From Eledone cirrhosa (Eukaryota): a stretch of DNA of 64,000 nt. Made by a program: the position numbers and the translations under genes. The notes under the pieces are model-generated. The model had not been told where the DNA came from. It did no database searches and saw only the letters and a list, made by a program, of their open reading frames with translations. Position 1 is the first letter of the stretch; every line of letters starts with the position of its first letter. The stretch spans positions 76,322,001 through 76,386,000 of the forward strand of contig OZ024740.1 of NCBI GenBank assembly GCA_964016885.1, read 5' to 3'. Below are positions 26,036 through 38,850 of this stretch, in pieces.

Positions 26036-26352
26036 GTCTGTATGTATGCATGCATGCATGCACAGGAACAAGGACATATTCGGTTTGGTGCCTGAGCGCA
26101 TGGTTAGCCCACCGTGAGTGAGAGACCCTTAGTTGTTGTTAGAATATCATTCTAGAAGAAGGAAAACTTTGTTGTAAAACCTGCGTGAGCATGGTTTTTT
26201 TTTTTTTTGTCTTTTGCTGCAGCATATGCATAAAGGAATCTGGGTCCTTGGCAGGGCTAAAATAGTTGTGTTCATGCCACCCAGGAATGAGATATAGGTC
26301 AAGTGATGACAATTCTCGAAACTGAGATGCAATCATTTATGTATGTATGTAT

Positions 26353-26412
26353 GTTATCTCTTTCTCTTAATTTCGAGTATATTTTTTTGACCGGCCACCT
26401 TCCTGGTGGCAA
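26353..26412 (-). mobile_element. 60-bp 3' tip of an R4-like LINE embedded in (TATG)n
   Basis: Nearly identical to 57236-57295. Confidence 0.85.
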
Positions 26413-26499
26413 GTATGTATGTATGTATGTATGTATGTATGTATGTATGTATGTATGTATGTATGTATGTATGTATGTATGTATGTATGTATGTATGTA

Positions 26500-26818
26500 T
26501 GGTTTTGACATGCAGCGTATGTGCGAGACTCGGCCTAAGCAAAGCTGGACTCGAAAGTCATCTTCGCAGTTATAAAGTAAGACCAGTGGTTGACTACAAG
26601 GCTGCTGTTGGAGATGCTACTCATCATGCTTGCCAAACATGTGGTAGAGAATGTAAATCAGCAGGAGGGCTCAAGCGACATGCAAAAGTACACGAACTCC
26701 AACCACAGCCGACTATTCCCAGTGAATGTTTTGGTTGCCGACTCTGTGCAAGTCATTTTAGATCATTGGCTGGGCTAAAAAGCCACATTCGATCGCAGCG
26801 CTGTTAGTTGCTATCGTG
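26500..26818 (+). mobile_element. RTE LINE 3' fragment encoding three C2H2-type fingers
   Basis: CSVCARLGLSKAGLESHLRSY, CQTCGRECKSAGGLKRHAKVH and [23 protein letters not shown], homologous to the C-terminus at 12848-13076. Confidence 0.82.
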
Positions 26819-26940
26819 TGTGTGTGTATGTGTAGATATGCTTATGTGTGTGCGTGTGTGTGTATATATATATGTATATGTATATTATTATTGTTGTTGT
26901 CGTTATTATTATTGTTGTTATTATTATTATTGTTGTTATT

Positions 26941-28534
26941 CCTTGAATCTCAGTCATTGATGTTGGTTAACTGGAAAGTCCGTTGGATTGAGTACCAAGC
27001 CACTACCTGCAGCCTCAGATATTCAGGACGTATCGGAGGGTTCTTGCTGTTCCAAGCAAGCATGCCTTTTGAAGCGTTCCAAAAAGCGTGAAGGGGCCGA
27101 TTTTCTTTAACCATCCCTGGAAATTTTGGAGATAGTCCCCAGTGCGCCTATGACAATCGGGATCACTTTGACGTCATGGCAGTTCCAAATCCTTTTCACC
27201 TCCCACTTTAGGTCCTGGTATCGGTTAATTTTCTCCCTCTCCTTCTCTTGCACTCTCGTGTCGAACGGGCAGGCCACATCCACAATCAGACACGATCTTT
27301 TTTCTTTGTCCACAACCACCAGGTCAGGTCTATTGTGTTCCAGTTTCTTGTCCGTCTGTATCCTAAAATCCCACAGCACCTTCACCTGATTGTTCTCCAT
27401 CACCGCCTCTGCCCTATGCTCATACCATTTCTCAGAATGTGGTAAATTGTTTACTTTGCACAGGTGCCAGTGGATCACCCTGCCCATCACATCGTGTCTC
27501 CAGCCCTTATAGTGGGTCTGGGCTAGGTGTTTACACTCGGACACAATGTGAGCCACAGTCTCCTCTCTCTCTCCACAGATCCTGCACAGTGGGCTAGCCT
27601 CCTCCTTGTAAATATGGTGCTTCAACCACTTCGTTTTGAGGGCCTGCTCCTGCGCAGCCATTAGCATTCCTTCTGTAGCCTTTTTGAGGTCTCCTCTTCT
27701 CAACCAGTTCCATGTCTGTGGATCTCTAAATTCAGTTTTCTCAAAGAAGGTACTATGAAGGGATTTTCCCTTAAGGTTGCTCTTCCTCCTTGATGTTATT
27801 TCCTCCTTGGACATCCCCTGGCCTACTGTCCCCTCCTTCAGTACAGCTCTGAGCATTGGCTCCTTACTATAGGTCACGTATTTGTATAGGTTGTTTTTCT
27901 CCATCTGAACACAGTCCTCTATGCTGATAAGACCTCTTCCACCCTCAGATCTCCTTAGGTAGAGTCTATCGACATCACTCCTCTTGTGGAACATGTTGTA
28001 GATAGTCAATAGCTTCCTAGTCTTCCTATCCATTTCTTTTTGTTCAGCAACATTCCATCTCAGAATTCCCGCACTGTACCTAATAATAGACACAGCTCGG
28101 GAATTTACTGCGCTTATGGCATTTCTGCTGTTCAGATGTGACTTCAATACGCTCCTTACTCTCCGAATGTATTCAGTTCTTAACAATTCCTTCATTTTTT
28201 TGTTCTTTATGCCATCAGCCTCCAGAACGCCCAAATACTTGTATCCTTCCTCAGAGTCAATTTCCTTTATCATCTCACCTGTTGGTATCTGGATCCCGTT
28301 ACTTCTGCTCAACCTACCCCTCCTCATCACAATACCAAACTGCATACATATATCACTGCTGAAAATACGGACAGTGTCAACAAGCACATCCAACTCCTCA
28401 CCTTTCCCGAAGAGCTTAAGATCGTCCATGAAGAGGAGGTGATTGATGGTAAGCTCTCCCCTTCCCAACTTGTATCCTGCTCTCACTTTTCGCAGCATGA
28501 TGGTCAAGGGCATCAGGGCAAGAACAAACAACAG
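26941..28534 (-). mobile_element. 5'-truncated R4/Dong-clade RLE retrotransposon inserted in (TAA)n
   Basis: (ATT)n-type tracts on both sides; long open ORF. Confidence 0.92.
27107..28531 (-). CDS. Partial RT, CCHC knuckle and restriction-like endonuclease (474 aa, truncated element ORF)
   Basis: HLLFMDDLKL, YKYLG, RLYLRRSEGGRGL, CRICGEREETVAHIVSEC, RHD, NRPDLV..IVDVACP..EKINRY. Confidence 0.9.
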   Translation of the reverse strand: MFVLALMPLTIMLRKVRAGYKLGRGELTINHLLFMDDLKLFGKGEELDVLVDTVRIFSSDICMQFGIVMRRGRLSRSNGIQIPTGEMIKEIDSEEGYKYLGVLEADGIKNKKMKELLRTEYIRRVRSVLKSHLNSRNAISAVNSRAVSIIRYSAGILRWNVAEQKEMDRKTRKLLTIYNMFHKRSDVDRLYLRRSEGGRGLISIEDCVQMEKNNLYKYVTYSKEPMLRAVLKEGTVGQGMSKEEITSRRKSNLKGKSLHSTFFEKTEFRDPQTWNWLRRGDLKKATEGMLMAAQEQALKTKWLKHHIYKEEASPLCRICGEREETVAHIVSECKHLAQTHYKGWRHDVMGRVIHWHLCKVNNLPHSEKWYEHRAEAVMENNQVKVLWDFRIQTDKKLEHNRPDLVVVDKEKRSCLIVDVACPFDTRVQEKEREKINRYQDLKWEVKRIWNCHDVKVIPIVIGALGTISKISRDG

Positions 28535-28600
<66 letters not shown>

Positions 28601-28637
28601 GTTATTAATGTATGTGTGTGTGTATATGTGTGTGTGA

Positions 28638-28669
<32 letters not shown>

Positions 28670-28763
28670 GTATATATATATATTTCTTTATTTATTTTTT
28701 TATTTTGTTTTTATTTTTATTTTATTTTTATTTATTTATTATTATTGTTATTTTTTTTTCTTC

Positions 28764-28806
28764 TCGTGCAATGGCCATACTCGATAACGAGGGGGCAGCC
28801 ATCATG
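28764..28806 (+). mobile_element. RTE / family B-type 3' terminal hairpin plus (GTAT)n
   Basis: TCGTGCAATGGCCATACTCGATAACGAGGGGGCAGCCATCAT. Confidence 0.85.
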
Positions 28807-28879
28807 TATGTATGTATGTATGTATGTATGTATGTATGTATGTATGTATGTATGTATGTATGTATGTATGTATGTATCT

Positions 28880-29044
28880 GCCCAGCACTATGTGTCAGTA
28901 ATTGTCACAAGTGTAGTGTTTGTACCAGAGTTTTCAAGTCGCTGGCTGGACTGAAAAGTCACACTCGTTCAGCGCATCGGTAGGGGTTCTCCTACATGGA
29001 TATAAAGTAGTGGCCGTACTCGAAAACGAGTTGGCAGCCACCAT
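28880..29044 (+). mobile_element. Family A, 3' fragment
   Basis: GCCCAGCACTATGTG...GGCAGCCACCAT. Confidence 0.92.
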
Positions 29045-29094
29045 GTATGTATGTATGTATGCATGTATGTATATGTGCGTGTGTGAGTATGTAT

Positions 29095-32000
29095 GTTATC
29101 TTCCTCTTTAACTATTTGAATTCTTCTTATAAAGAAGAAGCTGGCCTCTAACAAAGACTTGATACTTTATTGGTGGGATCTAAATAACAACGTTAAGAGT
29201 AGCATATTGAATTTTGGAAAAACCCTTCATATTTCTACTATTCCGCTTATAAGTTGTCTTTGTAAAATACGTGTTAGTAAGTTCTTTCTTTGCCAGATAA
29301 TCCTCGATTTCCAGCTTGTCACTTCAACATTTACTAGTATAGCTAAATGCACCAAAAATTGCATCTATAAATGTGAATTTATAATCTGGCTTTCGAAATA
29401 GTTTTACGTAAATATCTTCTTTCTCACTGATTTTGAAAGAAATGTTCACATCTGCAAGACAGCTGACCTCAATGACTGCATATATTTCTTTAAGTCTCAA
29501 ATAACTATATCAGACCTCTTATGTTTGAACATAGCGGACGTTTTGTTGGAGTTGTTTTCCAAATATTCCTTGTGTTGATACATATGTGTATATTCAACAA
29601 GAGGTGTTTTCTATATTTATCTGAGGACAGTTATTCCTTCGGATGACATTGTATATTGTTTTAGCAACATCATGTTGCATTGGAATGCAGTCACTTAATG
29701 ATATTTTTGAGCAGCTGTTGATCGCATTTGTAATATCTTTCACATGCGTGTGACATAATCGACATATTCGCTCGCATCTCGGTGGTTTAAAGACATTAGT
29801 GGTTTTTTTTTTTATAGCTATATCCTGCATTTGGATTGACCGGATGTAACGGATGCAATTCCAAGTAAATCTACGCTTCTTGTCAATGTTATTAGCACAA
29901 TCCTCAAGTTTCCTGAAAAAACAAAAAACAAAAAACAAAAAACAACAAAAAAACAAAAACAAAAAAAAAACAAAAACAAAACAAAAATAAAATAAATAAA
30001 ATAGACCTGTGTAACATTTTTGACGAATTGTAGTGTTTCTCTAGAATAGTGTTGTAGAGGCCCGCCAGTCTTGCAATTCCTGGGTCATTTGTATGGTAAT
30101 CTGGAAGTGAACACTTCTGGGTGTGTTTTTCTCTTCATGTTTCACTATTTGGTATATGTATTATTTTTGCTGCTGTTTGGTAGCAGATACTGTTTGAGTG
30201 AAATCATCGGAAATTCAAAGGCTCTTCGAAATGATCTTATGCTTATTTCCTTACTTTTCTTCTCAGAGAGAACTTCTCAATATACATATTTTAGTGAAAG
30301 CTTCCAATTAGTGTCATGTTTTTATAGGTTTTAAGAATCGTGGACCAGATTTCCTGTATAGACCAGTCAAGTATGGGAAATGTTGGTATTAGCACTGGTA
30401 GTGCAAACACATTGAAGGATAATGTCTCGTTGTAAAAGAAAAGCTTTGATTGACATATTTTTTAAAGTCAATATTCATTGATATCGCCACTTTTCTTCAC
30501 AGCATCTTCATATGGTATATTTTCGTCATTACTCAGATATTTGTAGCCCTCGTTGTGTGGTATAGGAGAGGTAGCTGAACATTTTGGGGTTTGAAAACAG
30601 TTTTCCTCCAGTTCAACTATTAAATTTGAATATTTCGTATCGATAAATTCCAGTTCTATATCAGCTGAAGATAATGTGATAAACTCCAATGTTTCTTGCC
30701 CTGTAAATCTGTCTAGTATAGATCGTTAAATCATCTACAAAATAACTATGGGGTACATTTGTACCTCTTTCTGGAGACCCGACTATATAACCACCAGATT
30801 TTCGTAAAATCGATACAGAGAATTCATTGCCCGAATAAACAGAAACAGATAGGATGTCTCCTTGGTTTAAAGATTTATAACGCCCGGGACAATAGTTCTG
30901 TTTCAGTTGTAAGAGTGAGGCTTCTTGGTCGAGTTTTTATGAGAATTTCAACGGCTGTGAATAAGGCAACGAATACTATTGTCAAATATAGTGACTAGCA
31001 AATATAAGTGGGAATATAATCAAAAGCCTTTCTATAGTGTACAAATATTGCAACACGATTCTGTGGTGCTTTCTTACACCAGATATCACAGCTTTATTTA
31101 TCAAACGTTGTTTGTCACATCCTTACACTTCTTTAATCCATCCTGCTCAGCAGTCTCTATTTGATTAGCTCGCAGAGGTCTTGTAATAATTGGTTGAGGA
31201 AATATATAATTTAGACATAGTGTTTAGGCAAGCAATGGTCATATAGTGTTCTCCCAAGTTACAAGATTTGTTCGTTTTATGGCTAGCCAATTTGACTCAT
31301 CTGGCCTTCCAAAATCATAATGTAATAAAGGGAAGAGTGCGGGACTGTGTCCTGAATATATTTTTTAATCCCGTTAGTAAAATAAGTTGGATTACTTTGA
31401 ATAAATAATTGTTTCTACTTTAGGCACAAGGCCAGCAATTACCCAGTGCATTACTGGTACTTTATTTTATCGACCCCGTAAGGATGAAAGGCAAAGTCAG
31501 CCTCGGCTGGATTTGAACTCAGATCGTAAAGGGACGTAACTATGCTGGAAAGCATGGCGTCCGACCCTTTACCGATACTGCCAATCCACCCCACATATTC
31601 TTATATATAATGATTGCTTATTTTAAGATTCACTTCTTTAAAATGTTCAAATGTCAATACTTCCGGTTATGATATAACGGACGCTATATTATATCGCTTA
31701 TATAAACATTCATATATTTATTTGCATCGTTATGTAACGTTTATATTTCTGTCACTAATTTTCTCCTTTTTCGTTTTCATTACATTTCACCGTAATGCAG
31801 TTTATATATAATATCGTCTGTTTTAAATATATCATGGATTACTTTACTAATTACAGAAGACAGTGTAACACAGTCTCTCTTCAATTTCTGAGCATATTGT
31901 CAATTACGATTTTATTTGATGTATCATATCTACATGCATATATATTTGCATATATATTTGCATATAATATCAATAGGCGCACTACACATGGTAGCAGAAA

Positions 32001-32460
32001 ATCACCCGAAGGGAGGTTTTTCTGCTAGTTCTTTTAAATATCCATATCCCTGGCTTTCTGCAGAATGTTAGCATATTGTACCAGTATTTAACTATTAGGC
32101 GTCTTTCCCGTGCATTCCAATTATGTCACTTTTCCACATGTTCGGTGAAAGATTCAAAGTTAATTCTGTACATTCTGCTGTATTTTTTTACAGAATATTT
32201 TTATTTGTATCTAGCCATGAAGCATTCTCAATGAAATCCTTTTCATTTCAGATCTTTGACCAAAAGGATTTAAGATCTCCCTGAGAAAAGGCTATTTTTA
32301 TTATTCTTATTTTTAATTCTCCGGTATAGAGCTTGTGGATTAGAAGTAAATCTGAGGTTAATACTGACTCGTTGGAATAGTTTTTATCTTTCAGCATCCT
32401 CAGTTCGTATTTATCTCACCAGTTTAGAATCTAAAATGTAGTGAGATTATAATTTTAATT
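29095..32460 (-). mobile_element. Heavily decayed R4-clade-like LINE with its 3' end in (CATA)n, interrupted by a SINE
   Basis: Fragments FWSKI*..NASWL, HNWNA..IVKYWY, IACLNTMSKL, EGYKYL and CRLCHTHVKDIT..INSC..MQHDVAKTIYN. Confidence 0.7.
31407..31590 (-). mobile_element. SINE S1, full length
   Basis: A box TGGCAGTATCGG and B box GAGTTCAAATCC on the minus strand. Confidence 0.93.
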
Positions 32461-32820
32461 AGACGAAATTATTAACCTTATACCTCATAATCGTATTTAA
32501 ATGTCTGATTTGTGGCGCAGATTTTTCATAATGTTTTTGTTATTTTCCTGTTTTATTTAGAATAGGTTATTTCATCATTACGTGCACTACATTCTAGGTT
32601 CAGATACTCTTTCAGAGTGGTAGTTGCTGTATACAAGCAAGTAGTAATAATCCAATACATTTTATCACATATTTCCATATGATTAGCTACGAGACGTTCA
32701 CTGCTCTACCTTTGAGTGCACAAGACGGGCGGTAACATCGCTAATTCGGCTAACTCCATGTAATTAATTCTTTGGTTTTGTTCTTATTTTGCTGTGCCTC
32801 AGTAATAATCTATTTTTCTC

Positions 32821-32902
32821 ATGCCATCTGATGACACCACCGATTGAATTGCATCAGGATCTGATGGTGTAATCAATTAGTCACAGAAATACGTATTATG
32901 CA
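32821..32902 (+). ncRNA. Hammerhead-like motif (decayed)
   Basis: TGCCAT-CTGATGA-CACCA...TGGTG...GAAA-TACGTA-TT-ATGCA, with palindromic ATACGTAT stem III. Confidence 0.5.
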
Positions 32903-32977
32903 ATCATAACAGAAGTTATTGGAATCCGGTATTCGGTATTCACATATTTTTCATTGGCATATTCAACTCCGAGATAT

Positions 32978-33031
32978 CACATGATGGAAGTCACACATGA
33001 TGGAAGTCACACATGATGGAAGTCACACATG
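32978..33031 (+). repeat. 16-bp tandem repeat (CACATGATGGAAGTCA)x3.4
   Basis: Directly visible. Confidence 0.9.
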
Positions 33032-33127
33032 ACGTTGAATGCTTTTTGCTTTTTACATCACGCTATGCTGATTTGAATGATTGGCTCACAATCCCAGCTA
33101 CCGTTTAGTGAAACCATACAATGTAAA

Positions 33128-33167
<40 letters not shown>

Positions 33168-33348
33168 TCGTATATATTCATATGATTACCTACGAGACAT
33201 GCATTGCTTCACCCTTCAGCGCACACGACCAAAGAGGTAACATAGCTAATTACGTTTTCCATGCCGAAAACGTATAGAAATTTAAAATACAGTTGGGAAA
33301 ACGTTAAACTTTTATGGAAGACTAAACATGCAATTAAAATTTAATAAT

Positions 33349-33465
33349 AATTGTTTATACTTTTGGCACAAGGCCGGCAATTATCCAGTACATTACTGGT
33401 ACTTTATTTTATCGACCACGTAAGGATGAAAGGCAAAGTTAACCTCGACGGGATTTGAACTCAGA
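33349..33465 (-). mobile_element. SINE S1, 5'-truncated
   Basis: Family match up to the B box. Confidence 0.9.
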
Positions 33466-33696
33466 AAATTTATTAATAATAAAAGTATAACGTGGAGTGA
33501 CTAATAATTACTTTGCTTGACTTTTATACTCTAATGCATGTATACTACACACTAAACTAATGTTATGAAGATACAATTAGAGCTTATAAGTTAAATGATA
33601 CTTATTAATTGAAGAACAATCATAAGAATACCATTATTGGAATCTATTAAGAAAAACAATATTAATAGAGGGAAAGTATTATTTTTAGAATAAAAA

Positions 33697-33776
33697 ATGT
33701 ATAAGTATAAGGTAATTAAAACACATTCAAATATATATATATTTGAATGTGTTTTAATTACCTTATACTTATACAT
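33697..33776. repeat. Perfect 80-bp palindrome centred on (AT)n
   Basis: ATGTATAAGTATAAGGTAATTAAAACACATTCAAAT and its reverse complement. Confidence 0.92.
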
Positions 33777-33984
33777 ATATATATATATATAAATACACAC
33801 ACACACATACATACATATATATGTATATATATATATATATGTGTATATATATATAAATACACACACATATGTATATATATATATATATGGTATATATTTT
33901 ATCTAATAATTCTAAGGACATGATTTATGATATATATATATATATATACAAATAAATATATATATATACAAATAAATATGCATA

Positions 33985-36900
33985 TATACCTCTTGCCTGA
34001 GTCTCGATACGGGCAAACAACAGTTCACAAGATGAGTTTCAGCCGAATAACCAAGCAGGCATTCCAGTTAGTCAGATAAAAAAAAGTCTATATTAGTAGC
34101 ATGACAAAGTCCGTTCATTATATCCGGCTTGTTATTGTGTTGTTTCTCCCTTTTTATCTTGTTGTCCTGCTTCCTTTGGTTTTCAAAGTCGATGCTTACA
34201 TCATGGATTAGCTTCCACCATATTGGTCTGTCATCAACATAATACCTCCAGTAGTGAAGAACGTTACCTTTTCTCAAAATATCCTTGACCATGTCCTCAT
34301 ACATCAAGTGTGGCCGTCCTAATGTCGAACATCATCCTCAAGCTCACTAAAAAGAAGTTTCTTTATAGGACTTCACTCATCCATGCGGACGACATGGCCA
34401 ACCTACCTGAGTTTATTCCTTATAAGGATAGTTTCAATATCGTGAGTCTTTGCACGTTTCAGTATCTCATTGTTTGTGACAAAGTGATCCCATTTGATGT
34501 TGAGAATGAACCTAAGTTGTCGTTACTGCACTGTTCTTAATTGTTTTATATGATAATTGTTTCTACTTTTGGCACAAGGCCAGCAATTACCCAGTGTATT
34601 ACTGGTACTTTATTTTATCGACCCCGTAAGGATGAAAGGCAAAGTTAACCTCGGCGGGATTTGAACTCAGAATGGCAAGGGCCGTAACTCTATGCGTCAA
34701 AGCATGGTGTCCGACCCTCTACCGATACTGCCAATCCACCGTCCTTGTTTTATATGATAATGATAGATAGTTCACGTCTCATGTCCATACAAGAGAGGAG
34801 TTACATATTAGTTAGTCTCAGAGGTTAGTTCCCTGGACTCAAAGACTCCCACTCTTAGTTTACCTACAGCACAAGAGGCAGCTTGAATATGTAAACTAAG
34901 CTCCAATGAAAAAATCAACTTGCTCTCCGATACTCATTGTTTCGGTCTTCTTAATGTTGACTCGGAGGCCCATTTTCAATGGAACTGTGTTATATGCAGT
35001 AGAGCAATGGGATAAATGCAGAAAACAGCGATGTCATCGGTATATTGGGCCTCCCTTATGAAATCCTGAAGTATTTTTGTATTAGACTTGAGGCAACGAA
35101 GTTAAAAAATATCGGCATCATATCTAAAGCGTACTTTGATGCTGTGTGAGGAGCATAAAGCCCAAACAACGTAGGGGCAAGATTGCAGCATTCCTTTCTT
35201 TACTCCACTGTAGTAGTTGATAGGCTTTGACAATTCGCCATCTATAATAAGCCTAGCATACATATTTGAATACTGAGTCCTAATGATACTAAACAATTTA
35301 GCTGGACAGCCAAGTTTTCTTAGGATTTCGAAGAGTAGCTCTCAATTGACACATTCAAAAACCTTGGTGAAGTCTATTGAGGCGATGGGTAAATTAACCT
35401 GCTGTTTTCTGCATTTCTCCATAATTTGACGTATGATGAAGATACCATCTATAGTACTTCCATTCCTCCTATATCCAGATTGTTACTCGGGGTGAAATTT
35501 TTCAGCAAGCCGTTGTAGTCTCTGAAGTATGATGTCGGCAAAGAGTTTCCCAACCACACTAAGCAATGATATGTCACGTTAGTTTTCACAAAGACTTCGA
35601 TCACCTTTCTTAAAAAGAATAGCAATGTTAGCATCAATAAGATCAGATGGTAAGCTCTCTGAGATCCAGAACCGATTAAAAATAGATAACAGAAATGATC
35701 TCAAGGCATTGTCACCATGAACTAAAACCTCTGAGACTATTCCATCAGGACCAGTTTTTGACTGCTGTCACAAATTCTTTCATGGTGATGGGGTTGTCAA
35801 ATTCTTCAATAATTGGTTATTGCTCCATTTAATTAAGGATTTCCTAGTTAGTATCAGTTAGTTGGTTGAGGAGTTCACTAAAGCGCTCAACCCATCTGTC
35901 TTTGATGTCTTCAGGTGCTGAAAGAAGGTCACCGTTCTTCGACCGCACAGGGTGCAGATTTTTTAACTTGGGACCATATACTGTATTAACAGTTGCATAT
36001 ATTTCTCTGTCTCTTCTGTACAAATCTTTCAGCGTTATTGACTTTGTGTTGCTACCAGTTTTTCTTGAGTTATCTAATTTCATCTCTTAGTCCTTTTATA
36101 TCGCCTTCTGTCTCTTGGGTTTCAGAAGCCTTTGAATTTATTTCTACTGATCTTTTTTTCCTATGAAAGAATTGTTTAGCAGCACTTTGAATGATTTCTT
36201 TCATGTTATCTCACAGTCTGGGATTTGTTCACTGAGAAACCTTTCAAGCGTGTCGTTGTTTTTCAGTATTCAGGAAGGTGTTAGGCTTTCAGCGATTGGT
36301 TCCCTTTTTTGTTTTCTTTATCCCAATGCTGCACTTGCAGATCAGGAGATTTTGGTCGGTGAAACAATCAGAACGAGGGTCAATTTTGGTGATGTTGATG
36401 AATTTCCTGCCCACTGGTTTAGCAAGGAGGTGGCCTAGCTGATGTCAGTGTTTAGAGCCTAGATGCTGTCAAGTGTTCTTGAGACAATTCATTAGTTGGT
36501 ACATTGTGCCCATAATTGAGAGTTGAAAGCGGGTGCAAAATTCTAACAACATTAAGCTATTAGAGTTCACATTTCCCACTCCATGTTTACCAACTACTGA
36601 TGGCGATGACTTCCAACATGAGCGTTGAAGACAGCAAGAACAACAATGACATCCCCCATTTTTCTCACAATGCACACACTAAGTTGCTCATAGAAACATT
36701 TCTTCTCAACTACTGACCGTTGAATTGTCGGTCCATAGACACTGATAAATGTGAGATAGGAGTTGTTCTTCAGTTGAATGCGAGCAGTCCTGAGTCTGTC
36801 AGAAATAGAGACTGGATTGATGTGACCAAATTTATTAGAGACAGCAAATTCAACTCCAGTTTTTTTTTGTCATCATTTCCACTCCAAAAGATAATATGGC

Positions 36901-37290
36901 TCTCTCTTTGATCTTACCGTACCTTACTCAAATATCAATACCTGCCTTTGCTATTTTACTGCAGATAATAGATGTAGTCCTTTCAGGCCTGACAGAATTT
37001 GTATCATCGTTAGTAGTCCGAGCATTCCAAGTTGCTAGATTAAGCAATTACTTCTCTCTCTTAGAAGCTCTGTTATTTGTTGAAATTGAATTATCCTCGG
37101 TTACCTCGAAAGCGGTAGTACTATATGGACTTTGCTCACTTTCCACAACTGCTATGTAACGTGGCACATCGGTTACCTCGTTCGCACTAGCATTAGGGGA
37201 AGATTCAATGTTATTCATCTCATAAAATGTAGGCTGCGCTAAAAGATGACGATGCTGCCCAGCGCACTGCAGCATCCCTTGGTATCCATT
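33985..37290 (-). mobile_element. Decayed, near-full-length RTE-clade LINE (second family)
   Basis: LATWNARTT..RPERTTSII, VGKHGVGNVNSNSLMLLEFC, TVYGP..IKDRWVERFSELLN, IDFTKVF, SGVKKG and YTDDI. Confidence 0.85.
34555..34744 (-). mobile_element. SINE S1, full length, with a 17-bp target-site duplication, nested in the RTE
   Basis: TTGTTTTATATGATAAT at 34541-34557 and 34745-34761. Confidence 0.95.
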
Positions 37291-37601
37291 GTATGGAGTT
37301 ATTTAATGTATGTAATACAGTTGACATTTCAAACAATATCTAGACTCCTGAATATATTTTGTGGTATGGCCTACTGCACTATATTGAAACATATCTAGAA
37401 TAAACTAGAATAAAGATATGTTTTAAGTATAACTTGATTCTTTTTTAATAATATATGAGCTCGGCAGCCCGTATCCTAACCGTCTACAACAGAATCTCCA
37501 ACAGCTGAGGAAGTCCTTAGCCTATTTCGAATTACTGCTGTATTAAGGAAACTGGTTAGCATCGAGCTTCTCTAATTTTTACTAGGAATACCCCAATATC
37601 A

Positions 37602-37682
<81 letters not shown>

Positions 37683-38037
37683 TAGCGAGTTTGCGAGAAT
37701 TCCCATGCAGGTCGTTCCTGGAGTAATAGTAGTGAAAGAGTGAAGAATATCATGGTCGGCTGTACAAAAAGGGTTTTATTTACAGTAGTAACAATTGTTT
37801 CATTGATCGGGTGAGTCTAAAGGCCGCTAATCACTCGAAATTGCATCACTCGGCCTTAAATATAGTATGTGTCTCTGATCAAATCATAGGATTGCCTAAA
37901 ACGATAACTTGTTATCCCATATATATACAGTATATATATGTTAAGTATTTCCATAGAAAAGGTGAAGGAAAGAAGAGTGCTCCATGTATTGTACAGAGTT
38001 ATTTAATTACATAATAAACAACACAATATAATTATTC

Positions 38038-38081
<44 letters not shown>

Positions 38082-38239
38082 GCCGTATTTGGACTAAAGA
38101 AATTAAAGAAATTATTTAGCCTGATAGTGGGGTTGAGAACCCTCGGAGAAATGGAAAAAAGATGAATATTGACGTACATGGGAGTCGACCCCACTATCAG
38201 GCTAAATAATTTCTTTAATTTCTTTAGTTCAAATACGGC
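38082..38239. repeat. Fold-back with ~55-bp arms between (TA)n tracts
   Basis: GCCGTATTTG.ACTAAAGAAATTAAAGAAATTATTTAGCCTGATAGTGGGGT.GA and its reverse complement. Confidence 0.9.
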
Positions 38240-38293
38240 AATAGCTTACATTTCTAATAATTTCAAACCCACTCGCTGTTTCGAAAATATTCT

Positions 38294-38416
<123 letters not shown>

Positions 38417-38609
38417 GTGTATATATACAATACATAAACAGAGAAAGCCTTAAGCAATACTCCGACCAACTCCATCTCACTCAACAAACATTAGGATATA
38501 CTTAAGTATAATCCCAATTTAGTGTTTGGGGTGCTAACTAATCAGTATTTCGTGGATAGCTGATTGTATTATTTTATATGAGACATTATTAAATAAATAT
38601 CTCTTTCCT

Positions 38610-38732
38610 TCCAGACGGCCGTTTCGTTATAAGATTTCTACAATTTGGGATAAATCATTTCCAGGTTATGTAGAAACTTGTATATAATCCATAGTTTTAT
38701 ACACAAGCGGGCACTTATAAACTCATCAGTGG
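38610..38732 (-). ncRNA. Type-I hammerhead ribozyme, intact core, with large stem-II insertion
   Basis: Minus strand: TCCA-CTGATGA-GTTATAAG...CTTATAAC-GAAAC-GGCC-GTC-TGGA, with palindromic ACGGCCGT stem III. Confidence 0.9.
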
Positions 38733-38850
38733 ATGCCCAAGTAATATCGATATAAGAATTATATCAACATTAATAGAATGGTGATGGTCTCCCTCAGCGC
38801 TAAGAAGAGACTGGTAGATTATGTGTATATATACATATATATAGAGAAAG

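Larger units (their letters stand above)
32676..33263 (+). mobile_element. Partial tandem unit (period ~500 bp) containing a hammerhead-like motif
   Basis: CATATGATTA.CTACGAGAC...GGTAACAT.GCTAATT is repeated at ~32676 and ~33179. Confidence 0.55.

Noticed and set aside
26406-26807. Host C2H2 zinc-finger gene exon
   Set aside because: There are no TGEKP linkers. It is homologous to the RTE C-terminus and begins in (TATG)n.
31407-31590. tRNA genes at SINE heads
   Set aside because: A and B boxes are present, but there is no cloverleaf and they are fused to SINE bodies.
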